Part shown: one piece after another, positions 49,151 through 59,133 of the stretch
Position numbering within the stretch: the first letter of the stretch is position 1
Layout: every line of letters starts with the position of its first letter
Source: Candidatus Tayloriibacteriota bacterium
Lineage (GTDB): Bacteria; Patescibacteriota; Minisyncoccia; Phycocordibacterales; PALSA-1337
Assembly (NCBI GenBank): GCA_037129895.1
Contig: JBAXUB010000002.1
Location: forward strand, 463 to 64,462
Reading direction: 5' to 3'
DNA: 64,000 nucleotides
The notes under the pieces: model-generated
The model's input: the letters and a program-made list of their open reading frames with translations, nothing else
Told to the model about the DNA's origin: nothing
Database searches by the model: none
Translations under genes and position numbers: made by a program

Positions 49151-50049
49151 TTATAGAATATATTAGCACCATACCTCACATCAATATAATCAAAGGTCGT
49201 AGTTGCAGACTTGTTCTTGAGTTTGTTCGTCATATTTTTCCAAAAAGAAACCAGATTGGCCAATTCATCATCTAGTGGCCTATCATCATTGAAATATATC
49301 ACCGTAACATTATTGAATTCACTCGAACTGGCTTGATTCTCAGCATACAATTCATATTCACCAGCTCCCTTGACCAAGATGGCATCTGCTATGATGCCAC
49401 TTTTGACAACATCATTATAGAATTTCTGTAAACCAAAAAACTCTTCAGTAGAACTCGCGTACTTACCGATAATACTCTCCGTTGAACTACCATTGTCGAA
49501 TAGTGATGGAATATAATATCTATGATATACATTTCCAGTTAATAATGGAGCCTTCTTGAATATATACCCATGAGCATCGATATAATAACAATCAGCCTCG
49601 ATGAGAGAAATGTCTTTGATCTCAGAAAAATCTGGATAGCCTGAGCAGACGATCGCTACTGGCGTCTTGCTTTTGACCGTAATATCTAGGACGTTGCCAC
49701 CTGCTTTTACTACGCTGACCGTCTCCACTTCAGGTGAAATCTTCTGTAAATTATATAATATTTCATCTTTTGGATAAAAGAACTTGCTAGATTTTGGCAA
49801 TATTCCCATATATTTACCTTCTAGAGACATGAGTGCCGAAGCTTGCATCGAGGAAATGATACCGTCAGAAATACCAGTTACCTTCACATCATCCAAACTG
49901 AAAACACCGAGTGAAGCAATCCTGACGAATGAAAACACCCACGTAAATAGGGATACGACCACCAATGAAGAAGCTATGATGATACGAATCCTCCTACGTT
50001 TCGAAAAATTTTGCGACTGCAAGTTTTGGTGACGTGTTTTTGCATGCAT
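49147..50049 (-). CDS. FtsQ/DivIB-like cell-division protein (TM helix plus POTRA).
   Basis: N-terminal basic region, TM helix, then a POTRA-like stretch FSLDDVKVTG...VKAGGNVLDITVKSKTPVAIV. Overlaps the upstream gene by 4 nt. Confidence 0.5.
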   Translation of the reverse strand: MHAKTRHQNLQSQNFSKRRRIRIIIASSLVVVSLFTWVFSFVRIASLGVFSLDDVKVTGISDGIISSMQASALMSLEGKYMGILPKSSKFFYPKDEILYNLQKISPEVETVSVVKAGGNVLDITVKSKTPVAIVCSGYPDFSEIKDISLIEADCYYIDAHGYIFKKAPLLTGNVYHRYYIPSLFDNGSSTESIIGKYASSTEEFFGLQKFYNDVVKSGIIADAILVKGAGEYELYAENQASSSEFNNVTVIYFNDDRPLDDELANLVSFWKNMTNKLKNKSATTTFDYIDVRYGANIFYK

Positions 50050-50108
50050 AACATTTTTTCATAACTATATGACCGCTGACAAATGAGGCCTCGATGAATT
50101 TTCTGCAA

Positions 50109-51374
50109 CTACGCACCTATAATATCCTTGCCGAGATACTTGACCAATACTTCTGGGACTTTGATCGTACCATCTGCCTGTTGGAAATTCTCTACGAGCG
50201 ATACGAGTATTCTCGGTGTTGGAATAGCAGTAGAATTCAATGAATGAGCATAGCGCAATGTTCCCTCTTGGTCACGATAGCGGATATTCAATCTACGCGT
50301 CTGAAAATCATGGAAATATGAAGCTGAACTGATCTCTCTATATTTCGACTCCTTTGGAACCCAGAGCTCGATATCATATTTCTTTACTTGTCCCAAACCT
50401 AGATCTGCTCCACAATTGATCACGGTTCTGTAAGGAATCCTCAGAGATTCGATGAACTCCTCAGTATTTCTATTGACCTCATCATGATATTTGACTGACG
50501 TCTCATGATTGGCTTCGCACATGACCACTTGTTCGAGTTTGTAGAATTCATTGACTCGGATGAGTCCACGCACATCCTTGCCGTGCGCACCAGCTTCACG
50601 ACGATAGCAAGGAGAAAAACCTAGATATCTCTTTGGTAGATCGGCTGCAGCCAAAGTCTCGTCAGCATGTAGGCCCATGAGTGGAACTTCGGCAGTACCA
50701 GCGAGATAGTCGCCATCTTGAGTCTTGTACATATCTTCTTCTCCTTGTGGTAAATACCCTGTACCGAATAGATTGATCTTCCTAACCAATATTGGTGGAA
50801 TAACCGGAGTAAAATTCTTCTTAGAAAAGAAATCCAGTGCATAAGACCAGATAGCAAAACATAATTTTACACCATCTCCTGTGAGGAAATATCCTCTGAA
50901 ACCGTGCACTTTCTGACCACGTTCTAGATCGAGCATGCCTAGCTTGGTCATGATCTCTACATGATCCTTTGGTTCGAATGCAAATGATGTCTTGTCTCCC
51001 CACGTCTTTATCTCTCTGTTATCAGCATCACTGTTGCCATCTGGAACCGACATATCAGGAATGTTTGGTACTTGGAGCATGAGTGACTGCCAATCCTTCA
51101 TAATAGGTTTCAAAGCTTCCTCATCCTTTTCTAGAGCAGTCTTTACGACTTTCATATCGGCTATCAATTTTGCACGCTCTTCTGGAGTCGTTGCACTAGC
51201 GATCTTGTCACTCGCGGCATTCTGTTCCGCACGAAGCTTTTCTGAATTTGTCAGGAATTTCCTCCTCTCATCGTCTGCGGTGATCAGTTTCTCTACATCA
51301 AAATCAATATGCTTCTTCTTTGCTGCTAATTGGATCAAGTCCTTATTTTCTCTTATGAATTTTATATCTAACAT
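50109..51374 (-). CDS. serS: Seryl-tRNA synthetase.
   Basis: Class II motifs and a conserved N-terminal coiled coil MLDIKFIREN. Confidence 0.9.
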   Translation of the reverse strand: MLDIKFIRENKDLIQLAAKKKHIDFDVEKLITADDERRKFLTNSEKLRAEQNAASDKIASATTPEERAKLIADMKVVKTALEKDEEALKPIMKDWQSLMLQVPNIPDMSVPDGNSDADNREIKTWGDKTSFAFEPKDHVEIMTKLGMLDLERGQKVHGFRGYFLTGDGVKLCFAIWSYALDFFSKKNFTPVIPPILVRKINLFGTGYLPQGEEDMYKTQDGDYLAGTAEVPLMGLHADETLAAADLPKRYLGFSPCYRREAGAHGKDVRGLIRVNEFYKLEQVVMCEANHETSVKYHDEVNRNTEEFIESLRIPYRTVINCGADLGLGQVKKYDIELWVPKESKYREISSASYFHDFQTRRLNIRYRDQEGTLRYAHSLNSTAIPTPRILVSLVENFQQADGTIKVPEVLVKYLGKDIIGA

Positions 51375-51535
51375 AGTGTTTTTATTGTAGCACCGTTTTC
51401 CTCATATTTGAAGTATGGGTATTCTGGCTATAAACCTCATCAACCTATCAACTCATTTACTTCTTTATCACAATTTTATCGAATCTTGATACAAAATTGA
51501 GCAGGATTTTATCTGCTATTTGATAGCATGAGATC

Positions 51536-52435
51536 ATGCAATACACAAAACTATTACCAGACAACTATCCTTACCTCTTGAAACAGCTGGATAAGCAGCC
51601 ACCATATCTATATATAGCCGGAGCACCGATACCTTACCCAGACAAAAACTACAAATTTCTCTGTGTTGTAGGTGCCAGGAAATATAGCGATTATGGAAAA
51701 CGAGTATGCTATGAACTTATCCGTGGTTTGAAGAACTATCCAATAGTTATAGTCTCAGGTCTCGCGCTGGGTATTGACTCACTCGCACATACAGCAGCAC
51801 TAGAGAACGGTTTACAGACGATCGCTATTCCTGGATCAGGATTGGACGACAATGTTATATATCCTCGATCGCACTATCTATTGGCAAAACACATCATTGA
51901 ATCTGGTAACACGTTACTTTCTCCATTCGAACCAGACCAAAATAGTACCAAATGGACATTCCCTGTTAGGAACCAATTGATGGCTGGAATATCTCATGCG
52001 ACGCTGGTAATAGAAGGTCGGCAGAAGTCAGGGACATTACTGACAGCCCAAAATGCTATAGATATGAACCGGGATGTATATATAGTACCTGGATCGATCT
52101 TCTCTGACCTATCGTATGGCCCCCACACACTATATTCACAGGGTGCCAAACCGGTAATGAATGCAAAAGACATACTAGAGTATCTCGATCTAGATATACA
52201 CGAGGAACACACTGATCGAACAGTCGCCATATTCGAACGTGCGATGAAGAGTTTACCTGACGATCAAAAGATCATATTGCGTGAGTTACAGTTCAAACCG
52301 ATGTCATCCACTGATCTTATCGACAAACTCGGTATATCGGCAACATACTTCAATGTATTGGCTACCAAACTGGAACTTTATGGGATCATCTCAGAATCAC
52401 ACGGCATATACAAAATCGACGCTGGTACCAATTAG
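51536..52435 (+). CDS. dprA: DNA processing protein DprA (Smf).
   Basis: VSGLALGIDSLAHTAAL Rossmann motif. Conserved dprA-topA synteny. Confidence 0.85.
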   Translation: MQYTKLLPDNYPYLLKQLDKQPPYLYIAGAPIPYPDKNYKFLCVVGARKYSDYGKRVCYELIRGLKNYPIVIVSGLALGIDSLAHTAALENGLQTIAIPGSGLDDNVIYPRSHYLLAKHIIESGNTLLSPFEPDQNSTKWTFPVRNQLMAGISHATLVIEGRQKSGTLLTAQNAIDMNRDVYIVPGSIFSDLSYGPHTLYSQGAKPVMNAKDILEYLDLDIHEEHTDRTVAIFERAMKSLPDDQKIILRELQFKPMSSTDLIDKLGISATYFNVLATKLELYGIISESHGIYKIDAGTN

Positions 52436-52510
52436 AAATGATAAATATTGGCAACATAAATGCGGGCCAAATTTTGAATTTTGTCAAACTCATGTAATAC
52501 TTATGCAATA

Positions 52511-54883
52511 ATGAAATTGGTCATCGTTGAATCCCCATCAAAATCAAAGACAATCACCAAATATCTTGGCGAAGGTTTTACCGTGCGTGCATCAGTCGGA
52601 CATATCAGAGATCTACCAAAATCCAGCAAGAAAGCTGTAGATATTGAGGGTGGCTTCATACCACATTATGAGGTCGTAGCAAAGAAAGAACCCGTGATCG
52701 CCGAGATCGCTTCCTTGGCGGAGAATGCTGACGAAATTATATTGGCAACTGACCCGGACCGAGAGGGTGAAGCGATCGCTTGGCACATTTCTGAAGTATT
52801 GCGCGAGCGACTTGGGAAATCAGTATCCAAAAAGATGGAACGTATAACATTCCACGAGATTACCAAGGAAGCTGTCCAGGATGCACTACAACATCCACGC
52901 GAGATCGATCAGCATCTACGTGAAGCTCAGGAAGCGCGCCGAGTCCTGGACCGTGTCTTTGGATATGCCCTGTCAGGACTCATATGGAAAAAGGTTAGAT
53001 ACGGCCTTTCGGCTGGACGTGTTCAGTCGCCAGCTTTGCGCATTATAATGGAACGCGAAAGAGAGATTCGTGCATTTATTCCTGAGAAATATTGGGCTAT
53101 AGAAGGTCTTTGGAACACATCGAAAGGTGCAGAACTCCGACTAAAATGTTCAAAGGAGCCTCGAGATGAAAAAGAAGTAAAGAAAATCCTGGAAATAGCT
53201 AGAAGTGAGCCTTGGAAAATAGTCGACATCGAGGAATCTGAGCAAAAAAGGTCTCCGAGGGCACCATTTATTACATCTACATTACAACAAGCAGCAAGCT
53301 CCAGGCTTGGTTTCTCACCTTCAAGAACAATGGGTATTGCACAAAAGCTCTACGAGTCTGGCTTCATCACATACATGCGCACAGATTCGACGAACCTAGG
53401 CCAGCAAGCACTTGATCAGATAGGAGCAGTTGTCACAAAGCAATATGGAAAAGAATATTTGGAATTTAGGAAATACTCAACAAAGAGTAAGAATGCACAA
53501 GAGGCCCATGAAGCTATCCGTCCTTCACATTTCGATAAATTAAATGCTGGACATAATGATGAACAAAAGAAACTTTACAAGCTGATCTGGCAAAGAGCTG
53601 TTTCTTCGCAGATGGCAGATGCGAGAGTTGCTAGGACAAAGATCATAGCAAATGTGACGGGTGGTAATGGAGACTCTACAACTTCCACGATTCCCGACTT
53701 TGAAGCAAATGGTTCAAGGGTGATATACGATGGTTGGCTCATAGCTGATCCAGAGTCAAAAGGTGAAGAAGTCAATCTGCCAAAATGTGAGAAGGGTGAA
53801 AAATTAATATTGGTAAGCATTGATTCTCTAGAAAAGCAGACTGAGCCACCTCCAAGATACACGGAAGCAGGTCTCATCAAAGAGCTTGAAAAGAGAGGCA
53901 TCGGCAGACCGTCTACATATGCAAGTATTTGTAAGACCATAGAAGATCGTGGCTACGTAGAAAAGCTCAACAAATCACTTAAACCAACGGATACCGGCGA
54001 TGTGGTGTCTTCATTTGTCGAAGAGAACTTCCCAACCTATATCAGTGACTCATTCACAGCAGAGATGGAAAATGAGCTGGACGAAATAGCGAACGGTGAA
54101 AGAACTTATCTCAAAACTTTATCTGATTTCTACAAGCCGTTTAGTAAAGAATTGAAAGAGAAGGAAAAAACGGCGAAGATCACCAATCTCGGTGTTGCCG
54201 ATGCAAAGTTCAAATGTCCGAAATGTGCTAGCTCTATGGATATCAAGCTTGGTCGTAATGGCAAGTTCCTATCTTGCTCAAAATATCCAGACTGTGATGG
54301 CGCGCTGACTCTAGAAGGTGTCGAATTTAAGAAAGATGAGCCGATAGGTGTAGATCCAGTTTCTGGACTTCCCATATTTGTGTTGAATGGAAGATTCGGA
54401 CCATATGTTCAATTGGGTGTGAAATTGCCGAAAGTGAAGAAGGCGAAGAAGCCCATCCTTCACTCCTCGCAGGCTCGGAGCTACGGAGTGCAAGAAGGAG
54501 CAAGGAGCAAGAAGGAAGGAGAAATACAACAAATCTCTTCTACGGAACCCGTCGAGGACATTAAGGTTATACCAGTCAAACCCCGCATGGCTTCTATTCC
54601 AAAGACGATGGATCCATCCAAAGTAACTGTGAAGGACGCTATGAAATATTTGAGCTTACCTAGAACTCTCGGTATTGATCCAAAGACAAGTAAAGACGTT
54701 GTCGCATCTGCTGGCAGATTTGGCCCATATATAGTATCTGATGGCAATTTCAGATCGATCAAAGTGCCAGATGACGTTTACGAGATCACACTAGAACGCG
54801 CACTCGAAATGCTCGCTATTCCAAAAGCGGTTAGAAAAGGTAGATTTGCGAAGAAAGCGACTGATTCAAAGACACAAGCCTAA
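52511..54883 (+). CDS. topA: DNA topoisomerase I with a C-terminal Zn-ribbon and a basic tail.
   Basis: MKLVIVESPSKSKTI Toprim start. GHIRDLP. CPKC...CSKYPDC. Confidence 0.9.
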   Translation: MKLVIVESPSKSKTITKYLGEGFTVRASVGHIRDLPKSSKKAVDIEGGFIPHYEVVAKKEPVIAEIASLAENADEIILATDPDREGEAIAWHISEVLRERLGKSVSKKMERITFHEITKEAVQDALQHPREIDQHLREAQEARRVLDRVFGYALSGLIWKKVRYGLSAGRVQSPALRIIMEREREIRAFIPEKYWAIEGLWNTSKGAELRLKCSKEPRDEKEVKKILEIARSEPWKIVDIEESEQKRSPRAPFITSTLQQAASSRLGFSPSRTMGIAQKLYESGFITYMRTDSTNLGQQALDQIGAVVTKQYGKEYLEFRKYSTKSKNAQEAHEAIRPSHFDKLNAGHNDEQKKLYKLIWQRAVSSQMADARVARTKIIANVTGGNGDSTTSTIPDFEANGSRVIYDGWLIADPESKGEEVNLPKCEKGEKLILVSIDSLEKQTEPPPRYTEAGLIKELEKRGIGRPSTYASICKTIEDRGYVEKLNKSLKPTDTGDVVSSFVEENFPTYISDSFTAEMENELDEIANGERTYLKTLSDFYKPFSKELKEKEKTAKITNLGVADAKFKCPKCASSMDIKLGRNGKFLSCSKYPDCDGALTLEGVEFKKDEPIGVDPVSGLPIFVLNGRFGPYVQLGVKLPKVKKAKKPILHSSQARSYGVQEGARSKKEGEIQQISSTEPVEDIKVIPVKPRMASIPKTMDPSKVTVKDAMKYLSLPRTLGIDPKTSKDVVASAGRFGPYIVSDGNFRSIKVPDDVYEITLERALEMLAIPKAVRKGRFAKKATDSKTQA

Positions 54884-54890
54884 ACAATTA

Positions 54891-56588
54891 CTAGATCCAA
54901 CCCAACGCCTTGAGTTTCAATATCACTGACTGATAATGTCCTGCAACTGCTGGAAAATTGGACTTATAACCATTGTCCAAACATATCTGAATAGCACTGG
55001 TAGGATTTTGTGCACCAAATTGCATAGCATTGAATAGTGCCAAGAATTCTGGATTCTTTATATCACTGTTCTGCCAGTATGTTTCAACCCAGTTATGAAC
55101 ATACCCTGCAAAGACCCCATTCCACCAATATACACGACCATCATCTTGACCACCTGATACGGTGTATGTAAATACATCTTCTACTTCACCAAGTGATGGT
55201 GATGTTGCAATATAGAATCTAGATTGAGTAACTAATTTATTAGCTGTACCACCTGTTGATGCTATCGTATCATCCATCTTCTTTGCTTCAGTCATGGATA
55301 TATAACTCTTACAGAAATTCGATCCAACATGATTGGTACCACGGAGAACTGGATCAGGATATCGGATGTTGATGAGACCAAACAAATTATTTAGTGTTAT
55401 CCAAGGATTGTTATATGACGCATTCTTACTCGCTTCACCGAATACACAACTCTGTGTCTGCGTCAGGCTGACAAAATTCGGACTTTTATCACCCAATCTG
55501 TCCGCCGTTGGACTGGCATCTCGAATAAATCGTGAACCACCAAATTGATCATACGCGATGACTCCAGGACAATATGGATCAGTTATCTTATCTCCTAACT
55601 TCGCAGTGCCACTAGGCTCAAAAGATATTGAGGGATTCAATGCTATTGGCGCACTAGTCAAAAAATTGTCTTTACATCCATGAGGCGCCACACTAGAATT
55701 GTAAAACTGATTTGGTCCACACATAGATTTTACCTTCATTCCAACTCCATCAACATATATCGACGTCCATACAGAAATAGTTGCACCTGATTGTGTTTTA
55801 GATAGAGTAGCAGGATAAGTAGTTGAGGATATGCTCAAATTACTCAATGTATTATCTATTGACGTCCCGATAGTTGTATTCGCTGCCGTTGCTGAATTAT
55901 CTGTAGCAGTTACCCCCGTACCAACTCTAGAACTCTGAGTTGCGTTGGTAGTTGTACTCGTCCTATTCGTCGTTCCACCACTTCCTGCACCACTTAGATA
56001 TGTTCTATAGAATGATCCCTCGACATATGTCGGAGTAGCTGCTGAACCAGGAGCTGCTGACTTTTGTGTACATACATATCCTAGAGGACAAGCAACTGGA
56101 GTCTGAGTAGCAGCGATACAGCTATAGCCTGCTGGACAGACAACAGAACCAGCATTAGCACCACTTGATCCAGAACTTGCACCAGAAGTCGTTCCACAAC
56201 TTTCTCTCTGTATAGCAGCTCTAGTTAGTGGTCCTACGAAACCTGTAGAGTCTAGACTATGTGCTGTTTGATAGCTCTTTACAGCATTCAATGTGACATT
56301 ACCAAAGTATCCAGTGGCTTCTACTGTCATATAGCCTGTGACATTCAGGTAATTTTGTAATGTTGTGACATCAGAGTTGGTGGTACTGAAGCGTAAGTCA
56401 GATGTAAGGTTGGTACAGGAAGATTGAGATGATCCTGTAGTATCATAGTCTCCTTGCAGAGCGTATGTGGTGGGAGATTGTATGATGAGGACAGCTAAAG
56501 TGATGATGGCGACTGATAGAGCGATAATTTTTTTCATAGATTTTAAATTATTAATTATTTTTATTACTGAATCGATAAAATTATACAA
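54891..56588 (-). CDS. Secreted protein with an N-terminal peptidoglycan-binding (PG_binding_1-like) domain, a Cys-rich linker and a large C-terminal domain.
   Basis: Signal peptide. TLQNYLNVTGYM...GYFGNVTLNAVKSYQ...GFVGPLT. Confidence 0.5.
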   Translation of the reverse strand: MYNFIDSVIKIINNLKSMKKIIALSVAIITLAVLIIQSPTTYALQGDYDTTGSSQSSCTNLTSDLRFSTTNSDVTTLQNYLNVTGYMTVEATGYFGNVTLNAVKSYQTAHSLDSTGFVGPLTRAAIQRESCGTTSGASSGSSGANAGSVVCPAGYSCIAATQTPVACPLGYVCTQKSAAPGSAATPTYVEGSFYRTYLSGAGSGGTTNRTSTTTNATQSSRVGTGVTATDNSATAANTTIGTSIDNTLSNLSISSTTYPATLSKTQSGATISVWTSIYVDGVGMKVKSMCGPNQFYNSSVAPHGCKDNFLTSAPIALNPSISFEPSGTAKLGDKITDPYCPGVIAYDQFGGSRFIRDASPTADRLGDKSPNFVSLTQTQSCVFGEASKNASYNNPWITLNNLFGLINIRYPDPVLRGTNHVGSNFCKSYISMTEAKKMDDTIASTGGTANKLVTQSRFYIATSPSLGEVEDVFTYTVSGGQDDGRVYWWNGVFAGYVHNWVETYWQNSDIKNPEFLALFNAMQFGAQNPTSAIQICLDNGYKSNFPAVAGHYQSVILKLKALGWI

Positions 56589-56604
56589 TACAAAAATTTC
56601 TACT

Positions 56605-57645
56605 CTACAACGAAAAATCCTTCAGTGAATATAGATCCTGATTGTCTTCTTTCTCAACATCAGCGGGTGCCCGATCATCCACCAGATCTGAAACTGCTGA
56701 CTGACTCTCTGCAATGACCGCAGTTTCTCCGACATTTATATTATTCCCTTCTTGATCCTTACTTCCTCCTCCATTACCGACTAAGCCCACTTCCTTCACA
56801 GCAACTCCTCTCTCCGTATTCGCCAGTTTTTCGAGCAATACACGTAGATCATCTGGACTAAAGAAGTCGATCACGACAGTCCCACCTTCCTTTACCCTTT
56901 CAATCCTCACGCGCGTCCCGAGTGTTTCTGTAAAAGTTTTCTCCATCTCGATCATGGCAGGATCCAGATATTTCCCCTTATTACGTATCTTTTCAGTTGC
57001 TACACGTCGTGACAATGATTCCGCTTCACGAACTGTTAGCTTCTTGGTCATTATCTCCTTGAATAGTACCAACTGTTCTTCGGGTCTATCAGTAAGCATG
57101 AGTAATGGCCTCGTATGACCTTCGGAGATCTTGCCATCCTGAAGCGCCGTGATCATCTCGTCCGGCAAACTTAAAATGCGTAATGAATTAGAGACATACT
57201 CACGGCTCTTGCCGACTTTTTCAGCAACCTGAGATTGCTTGAGTTTGAATTCCTTTACGAGTCTATCGAATGATCTGGCGCGATCTACAGCATTCAAGTC
57301 TTCTCTTTGTAGATTTTCAATAATAGCCATCTCAAGTTTGACCTGTGCGTCCTCCTCACCATTTCTGATAAGTGCTGGGACTTGCTGCAACCCTGCCAAC
57401 TTGGAGGCGCGCAAACGTCGCTCACCGGAGATGAGCTCATATTCTACTGTCATACCAGCACCTTCGTGATATACCTCTTTTCTAGTTACAACCAACGGCT
57501 GCAGCACTCCATACATCCTTATGGACTCAGACAAATCTTTTAGTTTTACCTGATCAAACTCCTGCCTTGGCTGATATGGGTTTGGATGTATCTTTTCCAC
57601 CTCTATCCAGAAGATGGCGTTATTCACATACGAATTCTGATGCAT
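56605..57645 (-). CDS. parB: ParB/Spo0J partition protein with an acidic C-terminal extension. No adjacent parA.
   Basis: LISGERRLRASKLAGL motif and HTH. Confidence 0.85.
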   Translation of the reverse strand: MHQNSYVNNAIFWIEVEKIHPNPYQPRQEFDQVKLKDLSESIRMYGVLQPLVVTRKEVYHEGAGMTVEYELISGERRLRASKLAGLQQVPALIRNGEEDAQVKLEMAIIENLQREDLNAVDRARSFDRLVKEFKLKQSQVAEKVGKSREYVSNSLRILSLPDEMITALQDGKISEGHTRPLLMLTDRPEEQLVLFKEIMTKKLTVREAESLSRRVATEKIRNKGKYLDPAMIEMEKTFTETLGTRVRIERVKEGGTVVIDFFSPDDLRVLLEKLANTERGVAVKEVGLVGNGGGSKDQEGNNINVGETAVIAESQSAVSDLVDDRAPADVEKEDNQDLYSLKDFSL

Positions 57646-57912
57646 AGTGCTATAATTATAGCAGATTCTAGTAGTCTATGGAAACAAATGAAGTACCAAT
57701 GTTCCATGTGAACGGTTCGACGAATACGCTCCAGAAGAAAAACAAGAGATCAAATGGAATCAGATCTACGATACGGAAGCCAACACTCCACACTAGCCAA
57801 TCCGTCTTCGGAAATCCGCATTTTGCGTCTGAGACGATCTCGATCTGGAAAGGCTCAAAAAACAGTGAACACCATAATCCGTCTCATGAATAGATGAAAA
57901 CGGCTCAATATC

Positions 57913-57941
57913 GCCGGCAGCTCCAATACTGCCGGCTTTTG
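57913..57941 (+). terminator. Terminator: GCCGGCAG...CTGCCGGC followed by TTTT.
   Basis: Seen directly in sequence. Confidence 0.6.
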
Positions 57942-58332
57942 TATTGCATTTATTTTGAGGATTGTATATGATAATCGGGAACAGAATTGATCTTTGAACG
58001 TTAACCACAAGTAGTCCGCGGACCGACACGACTACAACCGGTTGACTAGAAGCAGGGTTAAATACTATTCAGTATGCCAAACACGGTTACTGATCCATAT
58101 GATAATTCATACCATATGCCCCTGCCAGACTCATAGCTAAGGTGGATCAACCAATAAATGTCAGACCAGACAGATGCTGAACGAGTCTCTGACTACCGAA
58201 GCTTTTGTCACATCTCTTTACGCTGCACTTTCGCAGCGCGCAGAAGAGCCGATCCGGCCCTCGCATCTCCATGCATTCGGATCATAGTCTGCTATAGCAG
58301 TATGTGAGGTAGAAGATCTCTTTTGTTCTCAA

Positions 58333-58366
58333 CCCGGCCGCCTCAGTGGTAGCCGGGCTTTTTTTA
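58333..58366 (+). terminator. Terminator: CCCGGC...GCCGGG followed by CTTTTTTT, closing a roughly 400-nt ORF-free interval.
   Basis: Seen directly in sequence. Confidence 0.6.
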
Positions 58367-58424
58367 TTCAATGATATATTCCATAGTTGATTTTAGTTAA
58401 ATTTCAAGTAGACTATAGGTATAC

Positions 58425-58508
58425 GCCGAAGTGGTGAAATTGGCATACACGTAGCACTCAAAATGCTATGAGCGCAAGCTCGTGTGGGTTCAAGTCCCAC
58501 CTTCGGCA
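58425..58508 (+). tRNA. tRNA-Leu (anticodon CAA), type II with a long variable arm.
   Basis: Manual fold: acceptor GCCGAAG/CUUCGGC, anticodon loop CUCAAAA, variable stem GAGC/GCUC, T-loop UUCAAGU. Confidence 0.85.
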
Positions 58509-58509
58509 C

Positions 58510-59133
58510 ATGATAATTAGTAGATACAAAACCAGTGGGGTGAAATTTTTTGATTGGACCAATCTGATGGCTTATGCAGTTGGTCTAATTACAACAGATG
58601 GCTGTCTATACTCTGACCGGAGACATATTTCATTGACATCAAAAGACTTGGAACAAATTATTAACATTAGATCAGCCCTCCGTATTTATCCGAAAATCGG
58701 TATTAATAAAAATATTTATGGTGCAACATATAGGGTTCAATTCAGTAATGTACTCCTATATGATTGGCTTATATCGATTGGTTTGACTGCAAACAAATCA
58801 TTATCTATAGGGCCACTATCTATACCCAATAAGTACTTTGGGGATTTTCTCAGAGGCCATCTCGATGGTGATGGTTCAATAACAACATACGAGGAGACTT
58901 ACACACAAAAAAATGGAGGCATAAATGTTTATAACAGGCTTTCTGTAAGATTCATTTCAGCTAGTCAAACGCATATACAGTGGTTACAATCAAAAGTAAT
59001 TGAAATATTCCATGTAGCTGGCCGACTACACAAGACTAAATCGAACAAAATTGGAAATTCAATGTATATATTGAAATTTGGCAAAATCGACTCTCTTGAG
59101 CTATTATCCAAGATATACTACTCAAATGAATAA
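58510..59133 (+). CDS. LAGLIDADG homing endonuclease (two motifs: GLITTDGC and GHLDGDGS). Starts 1 nt after the tRNA-Leu 3' end.
   Basis: Both dodecapeptide motifs are present. The N-terminal extension in the track (from 58468) overlaps the tRNA and is rejected. Confidence 0.75.
   Translation: MIISRYKTSGVKFFDWTNLMAYAVGLITTDGCLYSDRRHISLTSKDLEQIINIRSALRIYPKIGINKNIYGATYRVQFSNVLLYDWLISIGLTANKSLSIGPLSIPNKYFGDFLRGHLDGDGSITTYEETYTQKNGGINVYNRLSVRFISASQTHIQWLQSKVIEIFHVAGRLHKTKSNKIGNSMYILKFGKIDSLELLSKIYYSNE

Noticed and set aside
58000-58360. Identification of the ORF-free interval as RNase P RNA or tmRNA.
   Set aside because: I could not find GGAAAGUCCGGGCU or ACAGAACCCGGCUUA (P4), nor a tmRNA tRNA-like 3' end (GGUUCRAnUCC...CCACCA). 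It is left as an unidentified candidate ncRNA rather than named.
58468-58509. N-terminal extension of the LAGLIDADG ORF (MSASSCGFKSHLRH...).
   Set aside because: It overlaps the 3' half of a perfectly folded tRNA-Leu. The true start is the ATG at 58510.
57950-59133. Group I intron hosting the LAGLIDADG ORF.
   Set aside because: P7-like strings (UAGUCC at about 58010, GACUAG at about 58044) occur in the wrong 5'-3' order for R and S elements. The tRNA-Leu and miaA are uninterrupted. No host gene appears split.
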